Source: Clostridiaceae bacterium
GTDB taxonomy: Bacteria; Bacillota; Clostridia; Saccharofermentanales; DTU023
NCBI GenBank assembly: GCA_012798865.1
Contig: JAAZMK010000005.1
Span: 1 to 61,929, forward strand
DNA: 61,929 nucleotides
Reading direction: 5' to 3'
Position 1 is the first letter of the stretch. Each line of letters starts with the position of its first letter. Below, piece by piece: positions 36,781 through 46,957 of this stretch. A program made the translations under genes and the position numbers. Below the pieces are notes generated by a model that saw only the letters and a list, made by a program, of their open reading frames with translations, made no database searches and was not told the DNA's origin.

Positions 36781-37671
36781 TTAAGATTCATCAATCGGCA
36801 TAAAGCCTTCGCCATAGACTTCATCATACGATGTCACGATCATCAGCGCATCGGGATCGAGTCTTTTTACAATCCTTCTGACTTCCGGCACTTGTGACCG
36901 ACTGCAAGCACACAGGATAACCGGCAGCTGATCACGCGAGTAGGCTCCTGTGCCATGAAGAATCGTTGAGCCGCGATCGAGATCTTTGCCAATCTGCTCG
37001 GCAATCTCATCTCCTTTCACGGAAACGATCACCGCCATTTTGCCTGATACAAATCCGAACATAATCTTGTCAACCACAAGAATCATCGCGGCGCTATAGA
37101 TAAAGCCGTAAAGCACGGCATCGACTTGGCGAAAAACAAATCCGCCGCACAGGACAATGACGCCGTCAACGAACATCGTAATCTGACCCACCGACATATG
37201 GGGACGCAACTTTCGCAACGACATGATAATGAGGTCGGATCCGCCTGTACTGCTTTTATTTGAATAGATAATGGCAAGACCAAGCCCTACGAGCGCACCG
37301 GCAAACAGGGCGGCAAGCAGCGGTTCCCCCTGATAGACAGGAAAATGCGGGCTGATTACATCAAGGAAAAACGTATTGATCAGGATCGTCTGAAAAGTGC
37401 GCAGCAGATATTTCTTCCCGAGAATCTTAAGAGCGATAAGAATGATCGGAATGTTCAACATGAGCGTCAACGTACCGATTGGCAAGTGCGTGTAATGTCT
37501 CACGATAAAAGCGATACCGGTAACTCCCCCGGGCGCGAAAGAGGCGTTCGCCGCAAAATTGTAGATACCGATCGCAAAGAAAAAAGAACCCGCTACATCA
37601 AAGAGCAGATTGATAAAGAAACGTCGAAGATTATTTCTCGTCACTATTCTCTTCAAAAAACCTGAGAGCAC
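36781..37671 (-). CDS. YitT-family membrane protein (with DUF2179-like C-terminal domain)
   Basis: Polytopic N-terminal part, with GGSDLI and a C-terminal soluble domain ending in MIVTSYDEVYGEGF. Confidence 0.85.
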   Translation of the reverse strand: MLSGFLKRIVTRNNLRRFFINLLFDVAGSFFFAIGIYNFAANASFAPGGVTGIAFIVRHYTHLPIGTLTLMLNIPIILIALKILGKKYLLRTFQTILINTFFLDVISPHFPVYQGEPLLAALFAGALVGLGLAIIYSNKSSTGGSDLIIMSLRKLRPHMSVGQITMFVDGVIVLCGGFVFRQVDAVLYGFIYSAAMILVVDKIMFGFVSGKMAVIVSVKGDEIAEQIGKDLDRGSTILHGTGAYSRDQLPVILCACSRSQVPEVRRIVKRLDPDALMIVTSYDEVYGEGFMPIDES

Positions 37672-37739
37672 CTTTTACCCCTTGAAACGATGCGTGTCGA
37701 AATCAAACGCATTGCGTCGCGATTCCGACCGCCTCAAAT

Positions 37740-38924
37740 CTATTTACCTGTCAAAAAATTAACGAGCTTCGTATGAGTATTCGCCATCTTAAACGGCCAG
37801 ACTTCCATCCCCCTTACGTACGTTTTCCACGTATCGCTCATGGCGGGCAATTGCAGTTGTCGACGCGTGTAAGAAAGGTATTCCGTCGACACATACTGTT
37901 GGAGATTGAGATTTGTCCTTGTGTTGGCGAGAGCGACATTGACGGCGTTATAAATATCAACTCCACCGGAACCCATAGCGCTCAGAACGGAGTTCACAAT
38001 GTTTCTTTGCCTCTGATTCCGCTGAAAATCGCTGTCAATCTTGCGAAGGCGCGCATACCGCAACGCCTGACTGCCGTTGAGAAGCTGATAGCCTGGCTCA
38101 AACCCGAGATATTTGGCCTCGCGCTCCGTCAGCGTAATATGGACGCCACCCACGGCATTGATGATTTTCGTAAAGGCATTAAAATTGACCGCCACGTAAC
38201 CCTTGATGGGAATTCCGAAGTTGCGTTCGATCGTGCGCACGGCAAGATTGGGACCGCCGTACGAATACGAAGCATTTAACATGCCCCACGGGTGTTTAGC
38301 TGTTCCGATTTTCACATACATCGCTCTCATCAAAGAGACAAGGTTGAGCGTTCTGTTGTTGTGATTAAGAGATATGAGCATGGTGACATCGGCACGTCCT
38401 CTAAAATTATCCGAGCGCGAATCAACGCCGAACAGGACGATGTTTTCGATACCATCCATCGACACGAGTTTGGGTGAGGTCTGAGCAGGAATGTGTTCAT
38501 CGCCACGAGTCTTCTTGGGTGACGGGTCGCTTTCCGATACTTCGCTCGGATCAGGATCTGCCAACATGCTCTGAAATGAATCAAAGTCGTCATCCAACTG
38601 CTTTCTCTCGTCATCCTTCAAACCGCCCAACCATTCGTTGTCGGTCAGATCTTTCGCCAGAATGTTCTCGCTGAATGTCTCATCCGAAAACGTCACGCCT
38701 GACATCATGTCGGTAAAGATGATCAAAACACCCGTAAAAAGCGAAAAGATAAGACCGGCAACGACCCCAAGTGCAATCAGTCGCGGCGAATGGAGACGCG
38801 CAAACAAAGTCCGCGCTTCGCGTTTGCGCGAGCCTTCGTCCAAGTGTGCCTTTCCATGATTGCCGTTTCCATTTCCACCCGCGACACCGGGCGTTTTACT
38901 ATTTTTATCACTACGGTGGTTCAA
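37740..38924 (-). CDS. LytR-CpsA-Psr (LCP) family cell-wall glycopolymer ligase
   Basis: Single TM, then NIVLFGVDSR....RADVTMLISLN. Also RLRKIDSDFQRNQRQRNIV. Confidence 0.85.
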   Translation of the reverse strand: MNHRSDKNSKTPGVAGGNGNGNHGKAHLDEGSRKREARTLFARLHSPRLIALGVVAGLIFSLFTGVLIIFTDMMSGVTFSDETFSENILAKDLTDNEWLGGLKDDERKQLDDDFDSFQSMLADPDPSEVSESDPSPKKTRGDEHIPAQTSPKLVSMDGIENIVLFGVDSRSDNFRGRADVTMLISLNHNNRTLNLVSLMRAMYVKIGTAKHPWGMLNASYSYGGPNLAVRTIERNFGIPIKGYVAVNFNAFTKIINAVGGVHITLTEREAKYLGFEPGYQLLNGSQALRYARLRKIDSDFQRNQRQRNIVNSVLSAMGSGGVDIYNAVNVALANTRTNLNLQQYVSTEYLSYTRRQLQLPAMSDTWKTYVRGMEVWPFKMANTHTKLVNFLTGK

Positions 38925-38984
38925 TGACCCATGTCTCCTTCTCGTATGTCATACGTGTGATAATGATCAACACAACACTCTAGT

Positions 38985-39022
38985 CTCTTCTCCGGGAAAC
39001 GTGTCATGCCCCCGGAGAAGAG
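38985..39022. other. 12-bp GC-rich hairpin between the zinc-ribbon gene and the LCP gene
   Basis: CTCTTCTCCGGG ... CCCGGAGAAGAG. The A/T run is on the wrong side for a canonical minus-strand terminator. Confidence 0.35.
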
Positions 39023-39070
39023 AAAAAACAATTGAAATATATAAGGATGTTTATCGGTTCAAATTGCCCC

Positions 39071-39937
39071 CTACCAAATCATTCGCCAACCCCAGTTTAT
39101 GCCTACGGTGTAAATTGCCCCGACGATATACCACATGGCGATATACACGAAGATCACGATAACAACTTTCAGCCATGCCTTGGAGTCGCCGCGTGACGGA
39201 GACAAGCAGGTAAGAGCCGCGCCGAGTGAAAGCAGTCTTACGAATTGGAACATGACGGCAATAATGTGCGTCCCGAAAGTGAAAACCGGAACAATGATCC
39301 CCAAGATCATGGCGACGAAAACGATCGGAAGCGCAATATTATGGTAGGAAGAATACTCAGCAAAGACGGAGTCGGGAGTAACCGAATTGTCCTTTTCCAT
39401 GAATTTCTTGATAAGCCATACGGCGAGAGGCAATACGGCGATGTACAAGACATTGAAGAATCCTGTTAAGAAGAAGGCTCCTGCATGCCAACCCATCTGT
39501 GATGCAGTCCCCAAAGTAAAGAAGAACGTGATCACGAGCGGGACGATGGCGGCGAAAAGGAAATGGATCGGCTCTTTCGTTCCCAACAATCCCTTCTTAA
39601 GCCACGGGAAATAGTTTTTGGCTGCTAGTGAAAGCGCCGAAGGCTGCTGGGGAGGCGGCGCATAGCCCGGTGCACCCTGAGGCGGATAGTATCCGGCAGG
39701 TGGATACTGTGGCGGTGGTGCTTGCTGCGCACCATATCCCGGTGCGGGATAGGCGGCGGGCGGCGCGTATTCCGGTGCCTGAGGCGGCGCGGGTGGCACA
39801 GGTTCCGGTTCTTGTAACGGCTCGGGCGGAGATTGTGCGACTACTTCAACGTCAGCGGCAACTTGCGAATTCCCGCAATGACCGCAGAACGCCGCATCGG
39901 CAGCGATATCCGCTCCACAGAAAATACACTTTTTCAT
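39071..39937 (-). CDS. Zinc-ribbon + proline-rich linker + polytopic membrane domain protein
   Basis: N-terminus MKKCIFCGADIAADAAFCGHCG, then a low-complexity segment rich in P, A, Q and Y, then about 5 TM helices. Confidence 0.6.
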   Translation of the reverse strand: MKKCIFCGADIAADAAFCGHCGNSQVAADVEVVAQSPPEPLQEPEPVPPAPPQAPEYAPPAAYPAPGYGAQQAPPPQYPPAGYYPPQGAPGYAPPPQQPSALSLAAKNYFPWLKKGLLGTKEPIHFLFAAIVPLVITFFFTLGTASQMGWHAGAFFLTGFFNVLYIAVLPLAVWLIKKFMEKDNSVTPDSVFAEYSSYHNIALPIVFVAMILGIIVPVFTFGTHIIAVMFQFVRLLSLGAALTCLSPSRGDSKAWLKVVIVIFVYIAMWYIVGAIYTVGINWGWRMIW

Positions 39938-40188
39938 TTCTTATTTCTCCTCTTTCTCTCAATTCTTCCCATAAAACAAACGCTTCAAATGGAAAGCATG
40001 TCTGATGAGTTGCATACACAGCCATTTTATCATATCGAAACGATTTCTTATCTCGCTCAACGAAAAGCTTTGCGGTTAATCATCAACACAACTATGAACA
40101 CGTCAGATACGGAGGATCAAAGGTCTGCGCACACAGACTTTCCGTGATAACATGAACCGGACAGATCATGTGCGAAAGGACCTATCTT

Positions 40189-40635
40189 ATGAGAGCAGTA
40201 ATACAGCGAGTAGCAAAAGCTTCAGTCCAATGCGACGACGGTCATCAATCTTCCATCGGCAAGGGGTATTTAATCTTGCTCGGCATCGGACATGAAGATA
40301 ACGAAGAGAATTGTGCCAAGCTTTGGCAAAAAATTAAAAAACTGCGCATTTTTCCCGATGCGGAAGGAAAAATCAACCTCGATCTTGCAACGGTCAATGG
40401 TGAAGTGTTGATTGTTTCTCAATTTACCCTTTTTGCCGACACGAGAAAGGGAAATCGCCCGAGTTTCATCAATGCCGCTCATCCTCAGCTCGGGGAGCGC
40501 CTGTATGAGTATTTTGTCGAATTGGCGCGGCGTGACGTACCTGTCGTCGGAACAGGTTCGTTCGGCGCCATGATGGATGTCAGCCTTGTCAACAGCGGAC
40601 CCTTTACGATCATTCTCGATACTGACAATATGTGA
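40189..40635 (+). CDS. dtd: D-aminoacyl-tRNA deacylase
   Basis: MRAVIQRV...LILLGI...SQFTL.ADT.KGNRPSF. AAAGGA lies upstream of ATG 40189. Confidence 0.9.
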   Translation: MRAVIQRVAKASVQCDDGHQSSIGKGYLILLGIGHEDNEENCAKLWQKIKKLRIFPDAEGKINLDLATVNGEVLIVSQFTLFADTRKGNRPSFINAAHPQLGERLYEYFVELARRDVPVVGTGSFGAMMDVSLVNSGPFTIILDTDNM

Positions 40636-40643
40636 TTGTTTTT

Positions 40644-41711
40644 CTAAAAAAGCTCGGATGTCGAATCGATTGCCGTCGTGATGAATCGGACATCGGGGAA
40701 GCGCGAAGCCATCGTTGCAGAAACACTCTCGCAGGTGACGCGATCGCTAAACAATGCAAAACATGTCGGTCCGCTCCCGGACATCGAGACGACGGAAGCT
40801 GGTGTCGACCTCAAAGCGCCGAGGAGATCTTCAACCTGGTCAAGCGCTCCGGCTATAACCGGAACGAAATCATTGTGAATGAGGGGCTCCATCACCCGCA
40901 GTGATTGCCGGTCAATCGCCTCTTTCCAAGCCGCCACCGATTCACGGCGCTGTGAATCGGTTCGCATATTGAGCGGAACGGATGACGTATCTTCTTGCGA
41001 CCGGGTTTCGACCTGTACCGATTCCGCTCCGCCGTCTGTCTCTCGGAACTGATCGAGCATTTCAAACGCCGTCTTCGTCTTGACAAATTGCGCCGGGGTC
41101 GCCAACAGAACGGCAGCCGGAAAAAGAGATGGTAGCAGCGTCATCACCTCTCCAACACCCTCACAAAGCCGCATTCCTCCATAAAGACAAAATGGGACAT
41201 CGGCTCCGCAACGAAGGGCGATCTGCTCCAATTCTCTGAGTGACACGGATGTTGCATCAAGACCGAACCAACGGCAAAAGCGTTCGCGATTCTGAAACAA
41301 AAAACGCAACACGGCGGCGGCGTCAGCGCTTCCGCCCCCCAGACCAGCCGCATCCGGAATTCTTTTTTCGATGAAGATAGATAGAGATATCGAGAAAGGG
41401 TCGATACCCATGTGCTCGAAAAACAATTCCGCGGCACGAAAACAGATGTTTGCTTCACCCGACGGAATTGATTGCACATCGGCTTCAATGCGCCAAGGCG
41501 GGCGCTCCGATTCTCTGGCAACGGAATGACGAACATCGTCACGCAACGGCAATTTGCAAAGCTCAAAGGAAAGTTTGTCCGCCAAAGACAGCGTCGTCAT
41601 GACAGAGGAGAGCTCATGCATTCCGTCCGGTCGGCGACCCAGCACTCTGAGAGATAAATTCAGTTTTGCACGCGCCTCAAGGCACCCCCGGAAACACGAA
41701 TCGTTATCCAA
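40644..41711 (-). CDS. ispE: 4-diphosphocytidyl-2-C-methyl-D-erythritol kinase (longer than usual, 355 aa)
   Basis: AKLNLSLRVLGRRPDGMHEL and the GHMP kinase motif IPDAAGLGGGSADAAAV. Confidence 0.85.
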   Translation of the reverse strand: MDNDSCFRGCLEARAKLNLSLRVLGRRPDGMHELSSVMTTLSLADKLSFELCKLPLRDDVRHSVARESERPPWRIEADVQSIPSGEANICFRAAELFFEHMGIDPFSISLSIFIEKRIPDAAGLGGGSADAAAVLRFLFQNRERFCRWFGLDATSVSLRELEQIALRCGADVPFCLYGGMRLCEGVGEVMTLLPSLFPAAVLLATPAQFVKTKTAFEMLDQFRETDGGAESVQVETRSQEDTSSVPLNMRTDSQRRESVAAWKEAIDRQSLRVMEPLIHNDFVPVIAGALDQVEDLLGALRSTPASVVSMSGSGPTCFALFSDRVTCESVSATMASRFPDVRFITTAIDSTSELF

Positions 41712-41714
41712 AGC

Positions 41715-41993
41715 TTATCCGTCGTCCTGTTGGAGCAACTGCTCCAATTCTTCATCCGTAAAAGCAATCTCCACGACTTTCGTAAGCAGATCGACATAGC
41801 TGAAACTGACATGCTCGCTGTATGACGGACTTACGGGACAACACACGGTAAAAACGTTTGATGAACAATTCTCCAGAAAACCTTGGTGGATTACCGTGCG
41901 GCGACGCCCTCCGTTTGACTTAAGCATGATACGTTGCCCGAGGTGAGCTTCCAGTTCAGCACGACACGATGCGATATCGGATTTTACAATCAA
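41715..41993 (-). CDS. veg: Veg-family protein
   Basis: LGQRIMLKSNGGRRRTVIHQGFLENCSSNVFTV...VSFSYVDLLTKVVEIAF is collinear with B. subtilis Veg. Confidence 0.8.
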   Translation of the reverse strand: MIVKSDIASCRAELEAHLGQRIMLKSNGGRRRTVIHQGFLENCSSNVFTVCCPVSPSYSEHVSFSYVDLLTKVVEIAFTDEELEQLLQQDDG

Positions 41994-42100
41994 TTAATTT
42001 ACCTCATATCTCGGCTATTTTACACGAATAGATATTCTTATGATTGGAAAATTATTATATCGTGCGAGAAAGAATAATGCAATCGTGCAGTTTAACGGTA

Positions 42101-43165
42101 TCAAGCCATGCGTCGTACGATCCCCCCGCCGAGAACACGATCCTCTAGGTAAAAAACGACGGATTGACCAATCGACGTCAGACGGACGGGCGACTCGAAG
42201 TGAACGGACGCAGAAGTGTCTCCTTCAAGAACGATATGAGCGGGAAAGACCTTCCCCTGCGAACGAAGCTGAACGGACGCATCGAACGCTGACGGAAGCT
42301 GATCAATGGATGCGACGTCACGAAGTTCGAGACTTTCCATCATCGCTTCCTTTTCATCACCCAATACGACGAGATTCCTCACGCTGTCTTTGCGGAGAAC
42401 CGTCATCCGTTCACCGAGCGATATTCCCAACCCGCGTCGTTGTCCCTCGGAATAGTGCCAACTCCCGCGGTGCTCACCCAGCACGGTGCCGCGCGTGTCG
42501 ATAAAATTGCCCGGGAGGTCTTCGAGTCCTTGCTCAGAAAGGAAGCGACTCAGTTTCATCGCTCCGAGAAAACAGATGTCTTGACTGTCCGCTTTTTGCC
42601 CCAATTCCATATTAAAGGAAGAGACGATCTCTCTGACCTGATCTTTCGTATAATTCCCCAACGGCAATAAAGTACGATCGAGTATTGCGCGCGGAAGACG
42701 ATAAAGAAAATAGCTCTGATCTCTTTTCCTTTCCTTTGCCCTCAAGAGATAACGATGCGGCAAGTCACCGACCAACCGTGCGTAATGTCCCGTCGCGATG
42801 TAATCACAGCCCAGACGATCGGCGATCTCTGCCAACCGTTGAAACTTGAAATCGCGATTACAGAGAACACACGGATTAGGCGTCTCGCCTGAACGCCAGG
42901 AATCTACAAAGGGGGTCATGACATCGCGATGAAAGTCATCAACTGCATCGATTTCTATATGCTCAATCGCGAGTGCATGCGCAATGTCGGCAACATATCG
43001 ACCATCGCCATCGCTCACCGTCTGAAGAGTCAACGCCGTCACGCGGTAACCGGCGCGCTTCAAAAGATACGCCGCCGCCGCGCTGTCAACCCCTCCCGAC
43101 ATGCCGAGCAAGACTCGATCGCCCGAACGGTTTGCGTGATGATTCTCTTGAAGGATCGTATCCAT
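42101..43165 (-). CDS. mnmA: tRNA 2-thiouridine(34) synthase
   Basis: PP-loop LLGMSGGVDSAAAAYLL and NPCVLCN. Start taken at the MDTILQ methionine. Confidence 0.9.
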   Translation of the reverse strand: MDTILQENHHANRSGDRVLLGMSGGVDSAAAAYLLKRAGYRVTALTLQTVSDGDGRYVADIAHALAIEHIEIDAVDDFHRDVMTPFVDSWRSGETPNPCVLCNRDFKFQRLAEIADRLGCDYIATGHYARLVGDLPHRYLLRAKERKRDQSYFLYRLPRAILDRTLLPLGNYTKDQVREIVSSFNMELGQKADSQDICFLGAMKLSRFLSEQGLEDLPGNFIDTRGTVLGEHRGSWHYSEGQRRGLGISLGERMTVLRKDSVRNLVVLGDEKEAMMESLELRDVASIDQLPSAFDASVQLRSQGKVFPAHIVLEGDTSASVHFESPVRLTSIGQSVVFYLEDRVLGGGIVRRMA

Positions 43166-43209
43166 ACAGATACTATAGCCGAATCTTAGCGAAAAAAGCA
43201 CGTTTCGCG

Positions 43210-44283
43210 CTACTTATACCAGCATGGCACAGGGGTGCGAAAGTACTCGTAGTCTTGCGATAACTTGTCGAATTCCTCCAACATTTTTTGTTCCTGCGAA
43301 GAACCGGAAGCGCTTGACGCGAGTTTTTCAAGAATCGTGAACGATTGATGGTGAGCGAGCTGGGCAAAGAAGTAAGAGGGCACATCGCGATCAAAATAGA
43401 CATCGATCAGGCATTTCAAATCTTGCGGATCGCGCGTTCGCAATTCAAATAATATCCGACAAAGATCCATATGCATCACGTCTTCACAGAGCAGAAACGG
43501 ATAGTCGATCAGAAGCGCTGAGCTTCGCGCGTAAGCAAAACAGGTCGGCGCATACACTCCCAAAGAAAGAACCAAGCTCCCCCCATGGGCGACGCTTTTC
43601 GCATTTTGCGTCACAAAGGAACTCCAGCGGGAAAATCTTGGCGTCTGAGGTATACGCTCTTTGACCTCCTCAATCAGTCCGGCAGTCCGTTCCCTCAATG
43701 TATCGACAATTTTGTGGCTGTTTCTATTGGCGAAAACATTGTTTCCCATTTGAAGAAAGCGCAGAAATCCCGCCATTTGGACAATGTTTTCAAAACGAAA
43801 AAGATGATTTTTATCCTTTAGATACTCCAAAAAAGGTGTGTCGGAACGCCTCTCCGCAATCCCAAAAAAACCTTCTTCCGTTTTCAGCCATCTGACTGTC
43901 GGCAACATGGGACCTAGCGCTTGAAACAACGGCGAGACATCGAGCATAATCCGGTTTATGGAGTCAAGATGAACCCAAAGGTCGGAGACAAGTTGCCATT
44001 TTTGCCACGGACCGGTACAGAGCCAGTGTTCTCGTCGTTCCTTGTCAAAAGCCCTGAAGATGGATATTTTACTCGCATCATTCAGCACGATGCATTCGCC
44101 CAATGTCCATCCGTTCATCCTGGAAATGCCATTGAGTCTCTTCTCGAGAACCAGCATTTCCGGCGGTCGAAATTTCAAGGAGCAAACGTCAGGTTCCCGC
44201 CCATCCTCACACCGTTCAAAGCTAGGAACATGACAAGCTTCGTTCGCAAAGGATTTATTGTACATGGGATCAATTCTCGCCAT
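43210..44283 (-). CDS. Hypothetical protein, possibly a divergent APH/choline-kinase-like fold
   Basis: 357 aa. LIDYPFLLCEDVMHMDL resembles the kinase-like D..........D.DL segment, but the HGDxxxxN catalytic loop is not evident. Confidence 0.45.
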   Translation of the reverse strand: MARIDPMYNKSFANEACHVPSFERCEDGREPDVCSLKFRPPEMLVLEKRLNGISRMNGWTLGECIVLNDASKISIFRAFDKERREHWLCTGPWQKWQLVSDLWVHLDSINRIMLDVSPLFQALGPMLPTVRWLKTEEGFFGIAERRSDTPFLEYLKDKNHLFRFENIVQMAGFLRFLQMGNNVFANRNSHKIVDTLRERTAGLIEEVKERIPQTPRFSRWSSFVTQNAKSVAHGGSLVLSLGVYAPTCFAYARSSALLIDYPFLLCEDVMHMDLCRILFELRTRDPQDLKCLIDVYFDRDVPSYFFAQLAHHQSFTILEKLASSASGSSQEQKMLEEFDKLSQDYEYFRTPVPCWYK

Positions 44284-44395
44284 CCGTAAACAATGTGGAC
44301 TGTATGTGTATAAGCTTAGCGGACGGAGGGACGACCATGCGCTACGTTTTGGGGCATAATCATTTAAGCAAGATGGCGTCGCGCCATAAAATGCG

Positions 44396-44443
44396 AAAAA
44401 CCGCTTTGCGTTCCGACGATGTCGGTGCTCGCAAAGCGGTTTC
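44396..44443 (-). terminator. Rho-independent terminator downstream of the aminotransferase gene
   Basis: On the minus strand, AAACCGCTTTGCG ... CGCAAAGCGGTTT (with a nested CCGAC/GTCGG hairpin) is followed by TTTTCGCATTTT. Confidence 0.7.
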
Positions 44444-44482
44444 GATTCATTAGTAAAGCAACTGCAGAGCGATCCTTATAAC

Positions 44483-45676
44483 TTACGTGCGACCGGGATA
44501 TGTTTTGAGAGCGATTTCAAGTATTCTCATGGCTTCGGCAAGATCATCTGTATTCAATACATACGCAAGCCTCACTTCATCCATGCCCATGCCCGGCGTC
44601 TGATAGAAGTTCTCTACAGGTGCCACCATGACGGACTTGTTGTCGACTTGGAAGTCGGTTAACAGCCAGATAGCGAATTTCTCCGCATTGTCGACAGGAA
44701 GCTTCGCGATCGCATAAAAGGCGCCGCCGGGGCGTTCACAGAGGACTCCGTCCATCTTCTGCAGAGCATCGATCATGATATTGCGTCTCGCCTCATAGCG
44801 CTCGCGGATCGGCGTAAAATAATCGGGATCCAAATCGTACAGCGCCTTCGCGCCGATCATCTCGAGCGTCGGCACACAAAGGCGCGCCTGACCCAACTTC
44901 AAAGCAGCCGTCATGATATCTCGATTTTTGGACGCCAACGATCCTATACGCGCGCCGCAGGCGGAGAAACGCTTGGATACGCTGTCGACGATAATCACGC
45001 GATCAAGGATATCCGTCATTGAGCCAAAACTCGTCGCCTCTTTGCCGTCATAGCAAAATTCACGGTATACCTCGTCGGCGATGATAAACAGATTGTGATC
45101 GCGCGCGATGTCCGACAACATACGAACTTGCTCTTGGGAATAAACGACGCCCGTGGGATTCCCCGGATTCGAAAGCGCGATGGCACGCGTCTTTTCGGTA
45201 ATCAGCGATTCGAGCACATCTCTTCCCGGGAGGACGAAGCCGTCATCGGGTTTTGTGGTAATCGGTTTGATCACGACATCGTACGGTGCGGCGAAGCCGC
45301 GATAGTTTGTATAGAAAGGCTCGGGAACGAGAATCTCCTCACCGGGATCGCATGTGAGAAGGAACGCCCATTGCAGCGCCTCGCTGCCCCCGTTCGTGAT
45401 GATGATATCTTCCACCTCATAGGGCAGATTGATGCGTTTATAGTACTTCGAGATACTCTCGCGGAGAGGCTCCCAACCGTTCGAGTCGGCATAAGCAAGC
45501 ACTTCTACGTCAGCCTTTTTAACGGCTTCCATGAAGACTTTCGGCGTCTCGATATCGGGTTGACCGATGTTGAGATGGTAAATCTTTATACCCCTCTTTT
45601 TTGCCTCATTTGCGTATGGAACAAGTTTGCGAATAGGCGATGCCTGCAGATCATAACTGCGCTTCGATGCTTTCAT
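44483..45676 (-). CDS. Class I/II PLP-dependent aminotransferase (aspartate/aromatic type)
   Basis: LNIGQPD, NPGNPTG and SVSKRFSACGARIG (PLP lysine). Confidence 0.85.
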   Translation of the reverse strand: MKASKRSYDLQASPIRKLVPYANEAKKRGIKIYHLNIGQPDIETPKVFMEAVKKADVEVLAYADSNGWEPLRESISKYYKRINLPYEVEDIIITNGGSEALQWAFLLTCDPGEEILVPEPFYTNYRGFAAPYDVVIKPITTKPDDGFVLPGRDVLESLITEKTRAIALSNPGNPTGVVYSQEQVRMLSDIARDHNLFIIADEVYREFCYDGKEATSFGSMTDILDRVIIVDSVSKRFSACGARIGSLASKNRDIMTAALKLGQARLCVPTLEMIGAKALYDLDPDYFTPIRERYEARRNIMIDALQKMDGVLCERPGGAFYAIAKLPVDNAEKFAIWLLTDFQVDNKSVMVAPVENFYQTPGMGMDEVRLAYVLNTDDLAEAMRILEIALKTYPGRT

Positions 45677-45802
45677 CCAATCATTACCCCCTTTTGTCGA
45701 ATAGCTAGATTTGAGCATGAGAAATAGGAGAACCTGTTTTATTTACAGGTTGTCTCTTTTGCTTATCATAGCATATCGGCACCCGAATGATAGAATAAAA
45801 GC

Positions 45803-46861
45803 ATGAAGAGACTTCTCAGTTTTCCCGATGTTCGTGATCGCATCGACTGGATCGGAACACCCGAACAACAGCGCCGGATGCTCCGGCGTTTTCACCTTGA
45901 CGGCTTTGAGGTGGTCTGGTGCGATCAGAAGGTGGAGGAACGCTTTGCGAGCGAAGCCGTGATCGGTATGCATCTCCCCTTTTATGCCGACTGGATGAAT
46001 TATTGGCTCGAAGATTTCACCCGACTCGACGACGAGTTTGGTGATCGGTCGACGTGGACGAAGTTCTATCAGGGCGAGTCGAAGGATGCTTACATCGAAT
46101 ACCTCCGCAAAGCGCTTGAATACGCGCATGCACTCGATGTCGAGTATGTCGTATTTCACGTCTCACAAGTCGCGGTCGACGAAGCGTATGACTATCGTTT
46201 CCTGTTTGACGATGCAACTGTTATAGCGGAGTCCGTGAAACTCGTGAATGCGCTCTTCGACACGAACGGTCGAGCGGGGGAAAAAGCCGTGCGCGGCAAC
46301 CCTTATAAATTCAAATTCCTCATGGAAAACTTATGGTGGCCCGGATTGAATTTTCGAGACGCTTCCCTGACGAAAACCTTGTTCGACGGCATTGAATACG
46401 AACAAAAGGGGTTTGCGCTCGATCTCGGACATTTGCTGAACGCCGACACGTCTATACGAACATCGGCGGACGCCGTCGCTTGGATCCATCACGTCCTCGA
46501 CGTGCATGAAGAGCTGCTTCCTCACATACGGGCGGTCCACCTTCATCAGTCAATGACAGGCGCCTTCGTCGAACAGTTTTGCGCTTCGGGGACGAGGGCG
46601 TATGGAAAAGAGAATCGATCATCACTCGACTACTACGACCGTTTTCGGTTGAGCTATGAACACGTCGCAAAAATCGACGAACACGCCGTCTGGGAGATAC
46701 CGGGACTTCAGCCGATCCTCGACAGAATCAAGCCCGACTATCTCGTCTACGAATTTCGCGCCGAGACGAAAGAAGAGTATTTTTTGAATCTGGAGCGTCA
46801 GAACAGCTATTTCGGCTTAACAACCGGCAACTCGAACAAGACGCCGTCTCATAAATCATAA
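45803..46861 (+). CDS. Xylose-isomerase-like TIM-barrel (sugar phosphate isomerase/epimerase family) protein
   Basis: YVVFHVSQ, FLMENLWWPG, ALDLGHLLN and VHLHQS resemble the metal-ligand blocks of this fold. Confidence 0.6.
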   Translation: MKRLLSFPDVRDRIDWIGTPEQQRRMLRRFHLDGFEVVWCDQKVEERFASEAVIGMHLPFYADWMNYWLEDFTRLDDEFGDRSTWTKFYQGESKDAYIEYLRKALEYAHALDVEYVVFHVSQVAVDEAYDYRFLFDDATVIAESVKLVNALFDTNGRAGEKAVRGNPYKFKFLMENLWWPGLNFRDASLTKTLFDGIEYEQKGFALDLGHLLNADTSIRTSADAVAWIHHVLDVHEELLPHIRAVHLHQSMTGAFVEQFCASGTRAYGKENRSSLDYYDRFRLSYEHVAKIDEHAVWEIPGLQPILDRIKPDYLVYEFRAETKEEYFLNLERQNSYFGLTTGNSNKTPSHKS

Positions 46862-46957
46862 AAGCGGCAACGGACGAACCTTTTTGTCGAAAAGCATTTT
46901 CTTCCCTAACTGGAAAAAGTTCATCGTCACCGCTTTTTTACTGTTTACATTTCTTCC

